Shown here one piece after another: positions 1-11,991 of a stretch of DNA of 64,000 nt (its first letter is position 1; the number at the start of each line of letters is the position of its first letter). The DNA is from Eledone cirrhosa (taxonomy: Eukaryota): positions 41,416,001-41,480,000 of the forward strand of contig OZ024754.1 in NCBI GenBank assembly GCA_964016885.1, written 5' to 3'. The position numbers and the translations under genes were made by a program. The notes beneath the pieces were generated by a model, which did not search any database, was not told the origin of the DNA, and saw only the letters and a program-made list of their open reading frames with translations.

Positions 1-318
1 GTGTGGCTGTGTGCGTGTGTGGGGCTGTGTGTGTGTGTGGCTGTGTGTGTGTGTGGCTGTGTGCATGGCTGTGTGTGTGTGTCTCTCTCTATATATATAT
101 GTGTATGTGTATGTGTGTGTCTATATGTGTGTATATGTGTGTGTCTCTATATGCATGCATGCCTATATGTGTGTATATGTATATATAACTCATGCAAGCG
201 TGGAAGATGGACGTTAAACGATGATGATGATGATGATATATGTGTATATATGCGTGTATCTATATCTGTGTATATGTATATATATATATATATATGTGTG
301 TGTGTATATATGTGTGTT

Positions 319-375
<57 letters not shown>

Positions 376-442
376 CTATGTGTGTATATCTGTGTATATG
401 TATAGATATATATGTGTATATATGTGTGTGTCTATATGTGTG

Positions 443-483
<41 letters not shown>

Positions 484-564
484 CTATGTGTATATATATA
501 TATATGTGTCTATATGTATATATATATATATATGTCTATATATGTATATATATATATGTGTGTC

Positions 565-601
<37 letters not shown>

Positions 602-620
602 CTATATGTATATATATATA

Positions 621-675
<55 letters not shown>

Positions 676-682
676 ATAAATG

Positions 683-714
<32 letters not shown>

Positions 715-744
715 CATGTGTCTATATATACATATATATATGTG

Positions 745-801
<57 letters not shown>

Positions 802-808
802 ATAAATG

Positions 809-854
<46 letters not shown>

Positions 855-884
855 CATGTGTCTATATATACATATATATATATG

Positions 885-963
<79 letters not shown>

Positions 964-980
964 CTATATGTGTGTATGAG
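1..980. repeat. (TG)n/(TA)n compound microsatellite
   Basis: Nearly pure TG/TA dinucleotide runs; the overlapping ORFs are YI/VC artefacts. Confidence 0.97.
187..237 (+). mobile_element. 3' stub of RTE-tailed retroelement with (GAT)n tail
   Basis: catgcaagcgtggaagatggacgttaaacgatgatgatg matches the 3' ends at 21875-21921, 28910-28963 and 45197-45241. Confidence 0.85.
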
Positions 981-1315
981 TAAAGAGAAGATGTTATATC
1001 AACAAACCCAAAGAAATGTACAAATCCCGAGCTGATAGCTAAATTTAATTTTACTTATATTTTCCAAGCCCACAAGGAAAATATTAGAGAGAACTGTAGA
1101 AAGATTGTATTAAATAACTAATTTAATTCAAAGAAATGGAGTTGAAGCTGCTATCAGCAGAATCTAGGAAACTCTATGATAAAGACAGAGAATGCTTTAT
1201 AACCTCGCTTGTGTTGACTAAGTTATTTGCCAAGTATACAGAGAGCCTCTTATAAATACTGTCCAATCACTGTCATACATGATGTGCAAGATTTAACCCC
1301 TTTATTATCATATAT

Positions 1316-1473
1316 TTGTTTCTACTTTCAGCACAAGGCCAGCAATTATCCCAGTACATTACTGCTACTTTATTTTATCGACCTCGGCGGGATTTGAACT
1401 CAGATCGTAAAGGGACGTAACTATGCTGGAAAACATGGCGTCCGACCCTCCACCGATACTGCCATCCACCACC
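1316..1473 (-). mobile_element. Meta-domain tRNA-derived SINE (internally deleted)
   Basis: Reverse complement of the family's tggcagtatcgg...gagttcaaatc...gtcgataaaataaagta...gtagaaacaa; has the same internal deletion as the copy at 12534-12692. Confidence 0.9.
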
Positions 1474-1544
1474 CAACTACCACTATAATAATATATCATC
1501 ATCATTATCACTATGGCTAGCCATACCATCGCCCACTACTATCA

Positions 1545-2490
1545 CTACCTCCACCACCACCAATACTGTTGTTGTCAGTAGTAAACACCACCACCACCAC
1601 CACCACCACCACCACCACCACCTCCACCACCAATACTGTTGTTGTCAGTAGTAAACAACACCACCACCACCACCACCACCACCACCACCACCACCAACAC
1701 CACCACCACCACCAACACCACCACCAACAACACCAACAACACCACCACCACCACCACCACCACCACCACCACCACCACCACCACCACCACAACCATCACC
1801 ACCTCCACCACCACCAATACTGTTGTTGTCAGTAGTAAACACCACCACCACCACCACCACCACCACCACCACCTCCACCACCAATACTGTTGTTGTCAGT
1901 AGTAAACAACACCACCACCACCACCACCACCACCACCACCACCACCACCACCACCAACACCACCACCACCACCAACACCACCACCAACAACACCAACAAC
2001 ACCACCACCACCACCACCACCACCACCACCACCACCACCACCACCACAACCATCACCACCTCCACCACCACCAATACTGTTGTTGTCAGTAGTAAACACC
2101 AACACCACCAACACCACCACCACCACCACCACCACCACAACCATCACCACCATCACCACCTCCAATACTGTTGTTGTCAGTAGTAAACAACACCACCACT
2201 ACCACCACCACCACCACCACCACCACCACCACCACAACCATCACCACCTCTACCACCACCAATACTGTTGTTGTCAGTAGTAAACAACACCACCACTACC
2301 ACCACCAACACCACCACCACCACCACAACCATCACCACCTCCACCACCACCAATACTGTTGTTGTCAGTAGTAAACACCACCACCACCACCACCACCACC
2401 ACCACCACTACCATGCCATCACCACCACCACCACCACCACCACCACCACTACCATGCCATCACCACCACCACCACCACCACCACCACCAC
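1545..2490. repeat. Compound satellite: (CAC)n interrupted by spacer caatactgttgttgtcagtagtaaac
   Basis: A constant spacer repeated between variable CAC runs. Confidence 0.95.
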
Positions 2491-2570
2491 TAAAGGATGA
2501 AAGGCAAAGTTGACCTCGATGGGATTTGAACTCAGACCGTAAAGGGACATATAATGAAAGACATGGCCTA
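2491..2570 (-). mobile_element. Meta-domain SINE fragment
   Basis: taaaggatgaaaggcaaagttgacctcg...gatttgaactcag. Confidence 0.8.
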
Positions 2571-2589
2571 CTCTTTTCAAATTTCTTCT

Positions 2590-2915
2590 TTATTGTTGCC
2601 CACTTATTCCTGAAAAAGTTGTGAGAGCAGGAGTCCCCAAACACACCTTCCAGTGGGTCCTTGTCAGAAGCAACCATCTCTAACTGATTCGGCTGGATCC
2701 CCAACTGAGATCAGCCAAGCTCATGGCTGTTATCCAACCACCTTGGTCATGATCTACACCTGGGTCTACTACCTGTTGGTTTTACCTGTAAAAAATCTGT
2801 CCAGCGATTCTTTCCTGAGGCATTCTAACCACATCCCCATAGTATAGGAGTTGTGATCAGTCAATTCAGAGAAGTAGCCACTATACCTGAATTGACTCTG
2901 ATCTGCCACGCGCTC
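2590..2915 (-). mobile_element. Degenerate RTE-clade (Rex3/Expander-like) LINE 3' fragment
   Basis: Reverse-complement match to 50445-50790, which encodes the ...RSQLRYY..HVVRM..PTGRRPRGRP.. RTE C-terminus. Confidence 0.75.
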
Positions 2916-2924
2916 TATATAGGT

Positions 2925-3115
2925 TAACTATTTAGCTTTTAAACCGGCCACATCTGGCCAGGATTCTCTCACCTCTTTCTGTTCAAACCAGCTGTAACTG
3001 GCCACTCATAGTGATGTTAAGGTATTGTTCACAAAATAAATAACATCAAAATCTCATAGATTCAATACTATGTGAGGTAAAGCCTTTACCATGAAAATAC
3101 AATAGTAAATATAAA
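2925..3115 (-). mobile_element. Degenerate piggyBac-type MITE (family M1)
   Basis: ggccaggattctctcacctctttctgttcaaacc...aaataaataacatcaaaatctcatagattcaata is the reverse complement of the M1 body. Confidence 0.75.
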
Positions 3116-3339
3116 GTAATATAAATGTTAAAGATTTAAATATTAGAAGTACAAGGCAACTCTTCTTTAGTTCAACATATTAATACTTTATCTAAACCTG
3201 ACAATCAATTATCAGAGAAATAATTGTACTTTCTCTTAACTTAAATACTAAAAAGAAAGTAATAAACAAATTAACATCTGTTAGTTAAAGTCTTTAACTG
3301 ATTTCAGTCTTTAGACTGCAGCCACGCTGAGACACCATA

Positions 3340-3640
3340 TAAACACTTTCACGACCATATTTCTTCAGAAATACACTCTATTTAAACTTTAGCAATGCTG
3401 AGGCATCTTAACACTCTCATGACCATATTTCTAATGAAATACACCCTATTTTAATTAGTTATTGAGGAATTTTGAGAGATTCACTAAAATTAATTATTTC
3501 ATTACTAAGATAGTAACCTAAAATATGGTTCTTATATAAAATTATATTGGAAGATTTTTAATTTAAATCAGAACCCTGTAAAACCGGTGGCTTTGTTGAA
3601 CGAGGGCTGGTTTTGAACCAGTAGGTATCAAAAGGGTCAA
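3340..3640. mobile_element. TTAA-type MITE family M2 (degenerate, left end duplicated)
   Basis: Begins ttaacact(t/c)tca..accatatttc twice and ends ggtatcaaaagggtcaa; similar to 43318-43766. Confidence 0.6.
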
Positions 3641-3744
3641 AGGAATTTAGTAGATCATATCCTTATTGTCTCAAGCCTGGCACTTTTTTTTTTTTATCTC
3701 ATTTTGTCAAACCAGTAATTTATGTGACATAAACACAAACATTT

Positions 3745-3927
3745 GGATTGGCAGTATCGGTAGAGGGTCGGGTGCCATGCTTTGAAGCATAGAGTTACCT
3801 CCCTTTATGATCTGAGTTCAAATCCAGCCGAGGTTAACTTTGCCTTTCATCCTTACGGGGTCGATAAAATAAAGTACCAGTAATGTACTGGGATAATTGC
3901 TGGCCTGGTGCCAAAAGTAGAAACAAT

Positions 3928-3930
<3 letters not shown>
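3745..3930 (+). mobile_element. Meta-domain tRNA-derived SINE, full length
   Basis: A-box-like tggcagtatcgg, B-box gagttcaaatcc, Meta-like core gcctttcatccttacggggtcgataaaataaagtaccag, 3' end gtagaaacaatt. Confidence 0.92.
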
Positions 3931-3959
<29 letters not shown>

Positions 3960-4199
3960 ATATATATATATACATATATAATATATATATATACATCATC
4001 ATCATCATTTCATATATAATATATATATATAGATATATATAATATATATATATACATATATAATATATATATATACATATATATAATATATATATATACA
4101 TATATATAATATATATATATACATATATAATATATATATACACATATATAATATACATATATAATATATATATACATATATAATATATATATATATACA

Positions 4200-4251
4200 T
4201 ACCCTTGCAAGCGGAGAAAAGTGGACGTAAAATGATGATGATGATGATGAT
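4200..4251 (+). mobile_element. RTE LINE 3' stub (same family as 35256-37869)
   Basis: acccttgcaagcggagaaaagtggacgtaaaatgatgatg. Confidence 0.85.
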
Positions 4252-4281
4252 ATACATATATAATATATATATATATATGCA

Positions 4282-4324
<43 letters not shown>

Positions 4325-4327
<3 letters not shown>

Positions 4328-4510
4328 TTAGTTCCACAACAAATTAGCAAACCCTACTTGAGAATCCTTTGGGTGAAATGTGAGTTCTCAAGTATGATTT
4401 ACTAATTTGTTGTGGAACAAACTCTCTACCGATTTCCTTCTTTAGACTGAGTGCTCTACCAACTTTTGATATAACCTCCTGGTTTTTTACCACTATAAGA
4501 CAAGTTTCTA
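4325..4510. mobile_element. Fold-back PLE-like insert with hammerhead 3' half and tail
   Basis: Imperfect arms 4325-4364 and 4385-4424 directly after (TA)n; GAAA at 4375 followed by ...ctcaagTA; tail with GAGTGCT (4449) and CCTCC (4475). Confidence 0.65.
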
Positions 4511-4771
4511 TACAGCTTCTCTTTACCAAGTTCTATTCACACAGCACTGGTGAACAGGAAGCCTTAGTTGAAGAACCTTATTCAAATGTATCACTTAAGT
4601 TTTGAAGCAGCCTCCTTAAGCAGTCATACCAGCAGCTATTATAACAAGGTTTTCACTGTTTATCAGATAGTCAGATACCAAGAAATATATAAATATAATT
4701 AAATTCATAGCTCACATCTTTACAGTCGTAGCTGACCTCCTCTGAGGTTGGATTTTATATGAAGTTTCCTG

Positions 4772-5168
4772 GGTGTTTTAATGATAGGGGCCTCACTCTT
4801 ATGTTGTTGTTACAGCTCTCACACATGCAGGGTTAGCTGGCCTCTCATTAGACAGCACCTCATAGGAGGTTTTGGGGGGGTGTTTTAATGACAGGGGCCT
4901 CAGTCTTATGATGTTGTTACAGCTCTCACGCATGCAGGGTTAGCTGGCCTCTCATTAGACAGCACCTCATAGGAGGTTTTTTGGGGGGGGGTGTTTTAAT
5001 GACAGGGGCCTCAGTCTTATGATGTTACAGCTCTCACCCATGCAGGGTTAGCTGGCTTCTCATTAGACAGCACCTCATAGGAGGTTTTGGGGGGTGTTTT
5101 AATGACAGGGGCCTCAGTCTTATGATGTTGTTGTTACAGCTCTCACCCATGCAGGGTTAGCTGGCCTT
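4772..5168. repeat. ~105-110 bp tandem repeat, ~4 copies
   Basis: gtgttttaatgacaggggcctcagtcttatgatgtt...catgcagggttagctggc recurs at ~4773, 4880, 4991 and 5095. Confidence 0.93.
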
Positions 5169-5268
5169 TTAGTTTTATATTCCATACATATCACTCTTCC
5201 TTTCTTTACTCAGTAGAACATTGTTGGATTCTTCCATTTTCTCTCTCAAGCATTATTATTATTATTAT

Positions 5269-5485
5269 TGCGGTGGTTTGGCAGTATCAGTAGAGTGTCA
5301 GACACCATACTTTGGAGCATAGAGTTATGGCCCTTTACGTTCTGAGTTCAAACCTCGCCGAGGTTAACTTTGCCTTTCATCCTTACGGGTTCGATAAAAT
5401 AAAGTACCAGTAATACACTGGGGTTGAATTAATCGACTTCCCTTTCTCCCAGAGTTGCTGGCCTTGAGCCTAAATCAGAAACCAT
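5269..5485 (+). mobile_element. Meta-domain SINE (long-tail subfamily)
   Basis: Full head and core plus the ggggttgaattaatcgacttccc segment. Confidence 0.88.
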
Positions 5486-5635
5486 CAAACCATCACACGT
5501 GGAACTCCAACCAGAGTCAGACAATAACTTGCAATTATTCTAATTCCACAGATATGAAAAATAAACAACAAAATTTGGAAGAATTGTTCACACAATATCA
5601 ACACACTTAACATGGGAGGGGGGGGGGGTTAATGA

Positions 5636-6720
5636 AGTGGTGGTGGTGTAGTGGTGTGGTGGTGGTGTGGTGGTGTAGTAGTGTAGTGGTGTGGTAGTGT
5701 GGTGGTGGTGTGGTGGTGTAGTAGTGTAGTGGTGTGGTAGTGTGGTGGTGGTGTGGTGTGGTGGTGTAGTGGTGTGATAGTGTGGTGGTGGTGTGGTGGT
5801 GTGGTAGTGTGGTGGTGGTGTGGTGGTAGTGTAGTGTGGTGGTGTGGTGGTGGTGTGGTGGTAGTGTAGTGGTGTAGTGTGGTGGTGGTGTGGTGGTGTA
5901 GTAGTGTGGTGGTGGTGTGGTGGTGGTGTGGTGGTGTAGTAGTGTAGTGGTGTAGTGGTGTGGTAGTGTGGTGGTGGTGTGGTGGTGTAGTAGTGTGGTG
6001 GTGTGGTGGTGTGGTGGTGTAGTAGTGTAGTGGTGTGGTGGTGTGGTGGTGTGGTGGTGTAGTAGTGTGGTGGTGTGGTGGTAGTGTAGTGGTGTGGTAG
6101 TGTGGTGGTGGTGTGGTGGTGTAGTAGTGTGGTGGTGTGGTGGTGTAGTGGTGTGGTGGTGTAGTGATGTAGTGGTGAGGTGGTGTAGTGATGTAGTGAT
6201 GTAGTGGTGTGGTGTAGTGGTGTAGTGGTGTGGTGGTGTACTGATATGATGGTGTGGTGATGTAGTGATGTGGTGGTGTAGTGGTATAGTGATGTAGTGG
6301 TGTAGTGATCTAGTGGTGTAGTGGTGTGGTGATGCAGTGGTATGGTGGTGTAGTTGTGGTGTGATGTAGTGGTGTAGTGGTGTAGTGATGTAGTGGTGTA
6401 GTGGTGTGGTGGTGTGGTGATGTAGTGGTGGAGTGATATGGTGGTGTGGTGATGTAGTGATGTAGTGGTGATGTAGTGATGTAGTGGTGGTGTGATGTAG
6501 TGATATGGTGGTGTGGTGATGCAGTGGTATGGTGGTGTAGTGGTGTAGTGATGTAGTGGTGTAGTGGTGATGTAGTGATGTAGTGGTGGTGTGATGTAGT
6601 GATATGGTGGTGTGGTGATGCAGTGGTATGGTGGTGTAGTGGTGTAGTGGTATGGTGGTCTAGTGATGTAGTGGTGTAGTGATATGGTGGTGTGGTGGTG
6701 TAGTGATATGGTGGTAGTGG
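5636..6720. repeat. GTG/GTA low-complexity tract
   Basis: Mixtures of gtggt/gtagt/gtgat. Confidence 0.95.
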
Positions 6721-7186
6721 AGGAGAAACATTACCAATTTTAAAATGAGCATAAATTCCGTTCATTATCTGACATCCTTTAATTAATTAGATTTGCATAT
6801 TCATTTACATATATATATATATATTTTAGATTTGCATATTGATGTTTTAATAGCTTTATATAAACATTACAGTTTCTTTTGTTGTTGTATTTGTTATTGT
6901 AGCTGTTGTTGTAGCTTAATTAGTAATAAAATAGCTTCATACTGTCCTCTCATTTTTCACACAAAACTATTTACTGGTTTACCATTATAGAGAAGTTTCC
7001 CTTTATTTGGAAATAATCTTCAATGAACAGTTCTTTATAGGAAAGATAGGTATATTGAAAAATCTGATAAACAAATGAATAATGGCCAATAAAGATAAAA
7101 TGGAAATAATATGGTGCATGTTTTTCTTTCTATTGCTTTATTGTCAATGTTGGCAACATGGCCATTCCCAAAATATAACAATATAT

Positions 7187-7242
<56 letters not shown>

Positions 7243-7282
7243 CAATATTAATAAATGGAAACTATATTTATAAAACCATATT

Positions 7283-7347
7283 TATTTCATTATACATATT
7301 TCAAGGATACCAAGTTAAATTATGGTATGCCTTCATCAGACAAAATA
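7283..7347 (-). ncRNA. Type I hammerhead ribozyme (mirror copy)
   Basis: Reverse complement of 7453-7517 in the left arm. Confidence 0.78.
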
Positions 7348-7452
7348 CAATATATATCAGTTTTACAAATAAGCATTGACGTACCCTTTCAAAATGCGAC
7401 CATTACTTTTGAGGACAAAAGTAATGCTTATTTGTAAAACTGATATATATTG

Positions 7453-7517
7453 TATTTTGTCTGATGAAGGCATACCATAATTTAACTTGGTATCCTTGAA
7501 ATATGTATAATGAAATA
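7453..7517 (+). ncRNA. Type I hammerhead ribozyme
   Basis: Stem I tattttgt/atgaaata; CTGATGA 7461; stem II agg-c-atacca/tggtat-cct; GAAA 7498; minimal stem III T-atgt-A; triplet AUA with predicted cut after 7509. Confidence 0.8.
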
Positions 7518-7644
7518 AATATGGTTTTATAAATATAGTTTCCATTTATTAATATCATATATCTACTCCAAAAACTTGTCGAGTGCTTTATATCAGTTAT
7601 AAAAATATTTACTTGTTGCCTCCCAACAATTTAAATAGAACTTT

Positions 7645-7685
<41 letters not shown>

Positions 7686-7906
7686 AGAGATGTCGACATG
7701 AATGGACCTGTTATTTTTATCTAAAGACATTTTTTCCAATTCCGCCCCGCCTGTCCCTTCAATCTATTTTATTTATCATCCTTTCTTCTGATGAAGGACT
7801 AGCGTCCGAAACGTTAAGACCCTCTTCCTGCTATATCAAGCGTTAGCCTAATATATCCCTTCCATCTACTGTACCGATTGTGTTGTTATTTCTGTTTACC
7901 TTTTAC
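7686..7906 (+). mobile_element. PLE-like 3' end, family B, between microsatellites
   Basis: Contains a minimal hammerhead; homologous to 9568-9760 (-). Confidence 0.7.
7784..7819 (+). ncRNA. Minimal (probably dimer-acting) type I hammerhead ribozyme
   Basis: tctt CTGATGA a ggac tagc gtcc GAAA c GTT aaga: 4-bp stem I, 4-bp stem II, loop-less palindromic stem III (AACGTT). Confidence 0.8.
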
Positions 7907-7917
7907 ATACACACACA

Positions 7918-7987
<70 letters not shown>

Positions 7988-7990
<3 letters not shown>

Positions 7991-8152
7991 TCATCAACGA
8001 TTAATGTCTATGTTCCATATAGCGTGGGTTAGAGGGTTTGTCCCATTTAGAAGCAAGTGACCGTGTCTCGCTCATATAGGAGGGTTTCTGGATGCCCTTC
8101 CTAATGCCAACCACATTGACAGTGTGTGCAGGATGTTTTCTGGTACCAGCAT
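7988..8152 (-). mobile_element. RTE-tailed SINE 3' fragment (degenerate)
   Basis: atcatcatcaacgattaatgtc...ggatgcccttcctaatgccaaccaca. Confidence 0.75.
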
Positions 8153-8324
8153 AATATACACACACACACACATATACACACATATACATATATATATACA
8201 TGCACATATCATGATAATGATATATTCACACACACATACAAACACACACACACATTATATATATATATATACACATATATATAATCATCATCATTATTTA
8301 ACGTCTATCTTCCATGCTATATAT

Positions 8325-8550
8325 ATATTTATTAAAATAACAGATTAAATTTTAAGCAAAGAATTGCTGTTTTCACCCTTAATCAGATCTTCTCAATCTG
8401 AAGTTTCAGAAGATCCCATTAAGGGTGAACACAGTGATTCTTTGCTTAAACTTTAATCTGTTATTTTAATAAATATTTGCTCTATAGTTCTTATATATTT
8501 GATATATATTTATCCTTATCGAGCCCTCTTTGGATTTTAGGCTTCACATT
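8325..8550. mobile_element. Degenerate fold-back PLE-like insert
   Basis: Imperfect arms 8325-8393 and 8408-8476; decayed core cAGAAGA-tccc-attaa-gggt-GAA(A/C); preceded by (TA)n. Confidence 0.55.
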
Positions 8551-8614
8551 TATTATTATTATTACTATAGTGCCTAAAGTAGAAACAATTATTACTATAT
8601 ATATATATATATAT

Positions 8615-8690
8615 AGAAAACTCTCCTGAGCGTGAATTTAATAAACATTTATTGTACTGCCTCTCTGTTCTGTCCCTGTTCAAATTTTTC

Positions 8691-8692
<2 letters not shown>
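8615..8692 (+). mobile_element. Short (TA)n-embedded tail element (family F)
   Basis: ctc..gagcgtgaa..taataaac...tgtactgcctctctgtt, homologous to 18660-18732. Confidence 0.65.
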
Positions 8693-8735
<43 letters not shown>

Positions 8736-8776
8736 CAGTCGATCGACTTTCATCAAATCAGACCGAGGAAACAATG

Positions 8777-8817
<41 letters not shown>

Positions 8818-9567
8818 TAAAGTGAAAATTATATGGTGCATGTGTTTCTATCTATTCCTCTATTAGCAATGTTGGCAACATTCCATCCCCAAATATAAAC
8901 TATATATTGAAAAATAAAAGTCCTGCCATTTCAAGTTACATAACTATTAGTTTAAACTCTCTTTCAACCCGTAATCCTAACTTTGGTGATGTAATTGTTT
9001 TGCAAGTTTTTTTTTTATATGAAATCATGTGTTGAAACAGATAATGTTATATTTGGGCAATCAATAAACATTGATTGCCAGCTAAATTATTTATAAAAAA
9101 TATAAAGATATACTGAAGTGAAAACCAAACGAAACAGTGAGTGTGTTTTACTATTTTTGGCAATATTAGGACAACATGACCCTCTCCAAATATAACAATC
9201 TTAACTTCCTTTTACGTCAATTATTAAAGTTAACTATAAACCATATATTAACATTTCTAGTAAATTTTAAATAATTTTTTTTTTTTTAATAATTAAATAA
9301 TTGAATCAAATTGGCAATAAAGTTATTTTACATCGAAAAATGTTGAATTCCTCATAGAAATATAAAGAAAATTTGAAAATTTTCTGAAACATTTTAGAAA
9401 TTGTAACTCATCATCGTCACCGAATAGAAACATGTGGAGACAGAGGTAAAAGAAATAAATGGATAAAAAAAGGTGAGAGAAGGAGAGGGGAAGAAAAAAA
9501 GAGGCAGTGTGAGTGAAGTGAAGCAGAGAGAGAGAAACAACATAAATATAATATATATATATATATA

Positions 9568-9760
9568 TGGAAAAATTAAACAGAAATAACAAAGTAAATG
9601 GCACAGTAGTATGGTGAAGAAACACATTAGTTTAACACTTGATATAGTAGTAAAAGAGTCTCTATGTTTCAGACACTGGTCTTTCATCAAAAGATAGAAT
9701 GAGAAATAAAAGGTGAAATAGAAAGATAGAGGAGAGACAGAAGAGAAAGGGACAGAAAAA
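9568..9760 (-). mobile_element. PLE-like 3' end, family B, with decayed hammerhead (9659-9694)
   Basis: Minus strand reads tctt TTGATGA a agac cagt gtct GAAA cata gaga, then a tail homologous to 7820-7906. Confidence 0.7.
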
Positions 9761-9797
9761 AAAACACATCTGTATTCAGTCAGCCATCTTGGAACAC

Positions 9798-9816
9798 ATT
9801 ATATATCTATATAAAC

Positions 9817-9847
<31 letters not shown>

Positions 9848-9868
9848 CATACATACATACATACATAT

Positions 9869-9901
<33 letters not shown>

Positions 9902-10859
9902 TATATATACATACATACATACATATATATATACATACATACATATATATATATATATACATACATATATATATATATATACATACATATATATATATAT
10001 ATATACATACATACATACATATATATATATATATACATACATACATACATACATATATATACATACATACATACATATATATATATACATACATACATAC
10101 ATATATATATATATACATACATACATACATATATATATATATACATACATACATATATATATATACATACATACATACATATATATATATACATACATAC
10201 ATACATATATATATATATATTTACATACATACATATATATATATATATTTACATACATACATATATATATATATACATACATATATATATATATACATAC
10301 ATATATATATATATACATACATATATATATATATACATACATACATATATATATATACATACATACATATATATATATATACATACATATATATATATAT
10401 ACATACATACATATATATATATATACATACATATATATATATATACATACATACATATATATATATATATACATACATACATATATATATATATACATAC
10501 AAATATATATACATACATACATATATATATATATACATACAAATATATATATACATACAAATATATATATATATACATACAAATATATATATATATACAT
10601 ACATACATACAAATATATATATATATACATACATACATACAAATATATATATATATACATACATACATATATATATATATACATACATACATACATATAT
10701 ATATACATACATACATACAAATATATATATATATACATACATACAAATATATATATATATACATACATACAAACAAATATATATATATATACATACATAC
10801 AAATATATATATATATACATACATACAAATATCTCTATATATATATATACAAAATAGAT

Positions 10860-10899
<40 letters not shown>

Positions 10900-11313
10900 A
10901 CATATATATATACACACATACCCAAACAAATAGATCAATATATATATATATATATACACACACTCACACACATATATATACACACACCCAAACAAATAGA
11001 TCAATATATATATATATATACACACACTCACACACATATATATATATATATATACACACACACTCACACACACATATATATATATATTTACACACACCCA
11101 AACAAATAGATCAATATATATATATACACACACACACATACACATATATATATATATACACACACCCAAACAAATAGATCAATATATATATATATATATA
11201 CACACACACTCACACATATATATATATATATACACACACCCAAACAAATAGATCAATATATATATATATACACACACATATATATATATATACACACACC
11301 CAAACAAATAGAT

Positions 11314-11361
<48 letters not shown>

Positions 11362-11375
11362 CCAAACAAATAGAT

Positions 11376-11410
<35 letters not shown>

Positions 11411-11463
11411 CACACACATACACATATATATATAGATATACACACACCCAAACAAATAGATCA

Positions 11464-11503
<40 letters not shown>

Positions 11504-11505
11504 GA
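9798..11505. repeat. (TA)n/(TACA)n microsatellite, then units with spacer cacccaaacaaatagatcaa
   Basis: The spacer recurs between variable TA/CA runs from ~10850. Confidence 0.95.
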
Positions 11506-11991
11506 GCAGTGGGGGGGGGGGTAATATAGTGATGATGCTGATATACTGAAGAGCTCTTGTAGTGTAGTGGCAATTACAGTGAGATGTCAAGAGTGGAGAC
11601 AAGAGTTTGATTCCTACCATATTCTCAACTTCTATTGAAATTCAAGTTGGAATTCTATAAAGACTCTACATTAAATGTTCTCTACACACAATGTAAAAAA
11701 ACATCTAATTTTCTTATAACTGAAAATAGAAAATATTCCTTCTTTTGTTTTGATTATTTTTGATTTATTGTCAGTTTTTTTTTTTTCGGTGTTTTTGTTG
11801 TTTTATTTTTGTAGCAAAAATTATTGACGTTTTTATATTGTTTATACTTACAATTTTTGTTGTTTTTGTTTTGAAATATGAGTTATTTTGTAAATTAATG
11901 CTAAATCTTTAATCAAACCTGCTGATTCAATAAAACATAGTAAGGTACAAACAATGAATAAAGAATGAACTGGTTGTACTGAAGCAGTAGT

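Larger units (their letters stand above)
7245..7648. mobile_element. Asymmetric fold-back PLE-like element, family A, in (TA)n
   Basis: 133-bp inverted arms 7245-7377 and 7423-7555 (no mismatch seen by eye), one-sided tail 7556-7648, (TA)n on both sides. Confidence 0.85.

Noticed and set aside
1545-2490. CRISPR-like constant repeat with variable spacers (also 10850-11465 and 59895-61482)
   Set aside because: The spacers are simple repeats of varying length, there are no cas genes, and the context is eukaryotic.
7255-7545. Twin ORFs METIFIKPYLF... on both strands
   Set aside because: A consequence of the palindrome, not genes.
7245-7555. Interpretation of the palindromes as MITEs or miRNA precursors
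   Set aside because: One-sided tails, variable inner truncation, non-overlapping copies (48195, 61697) and hammerhead cores do not fit TIR elements; most arms are longer and more perfect than typical pre-miRNAs.
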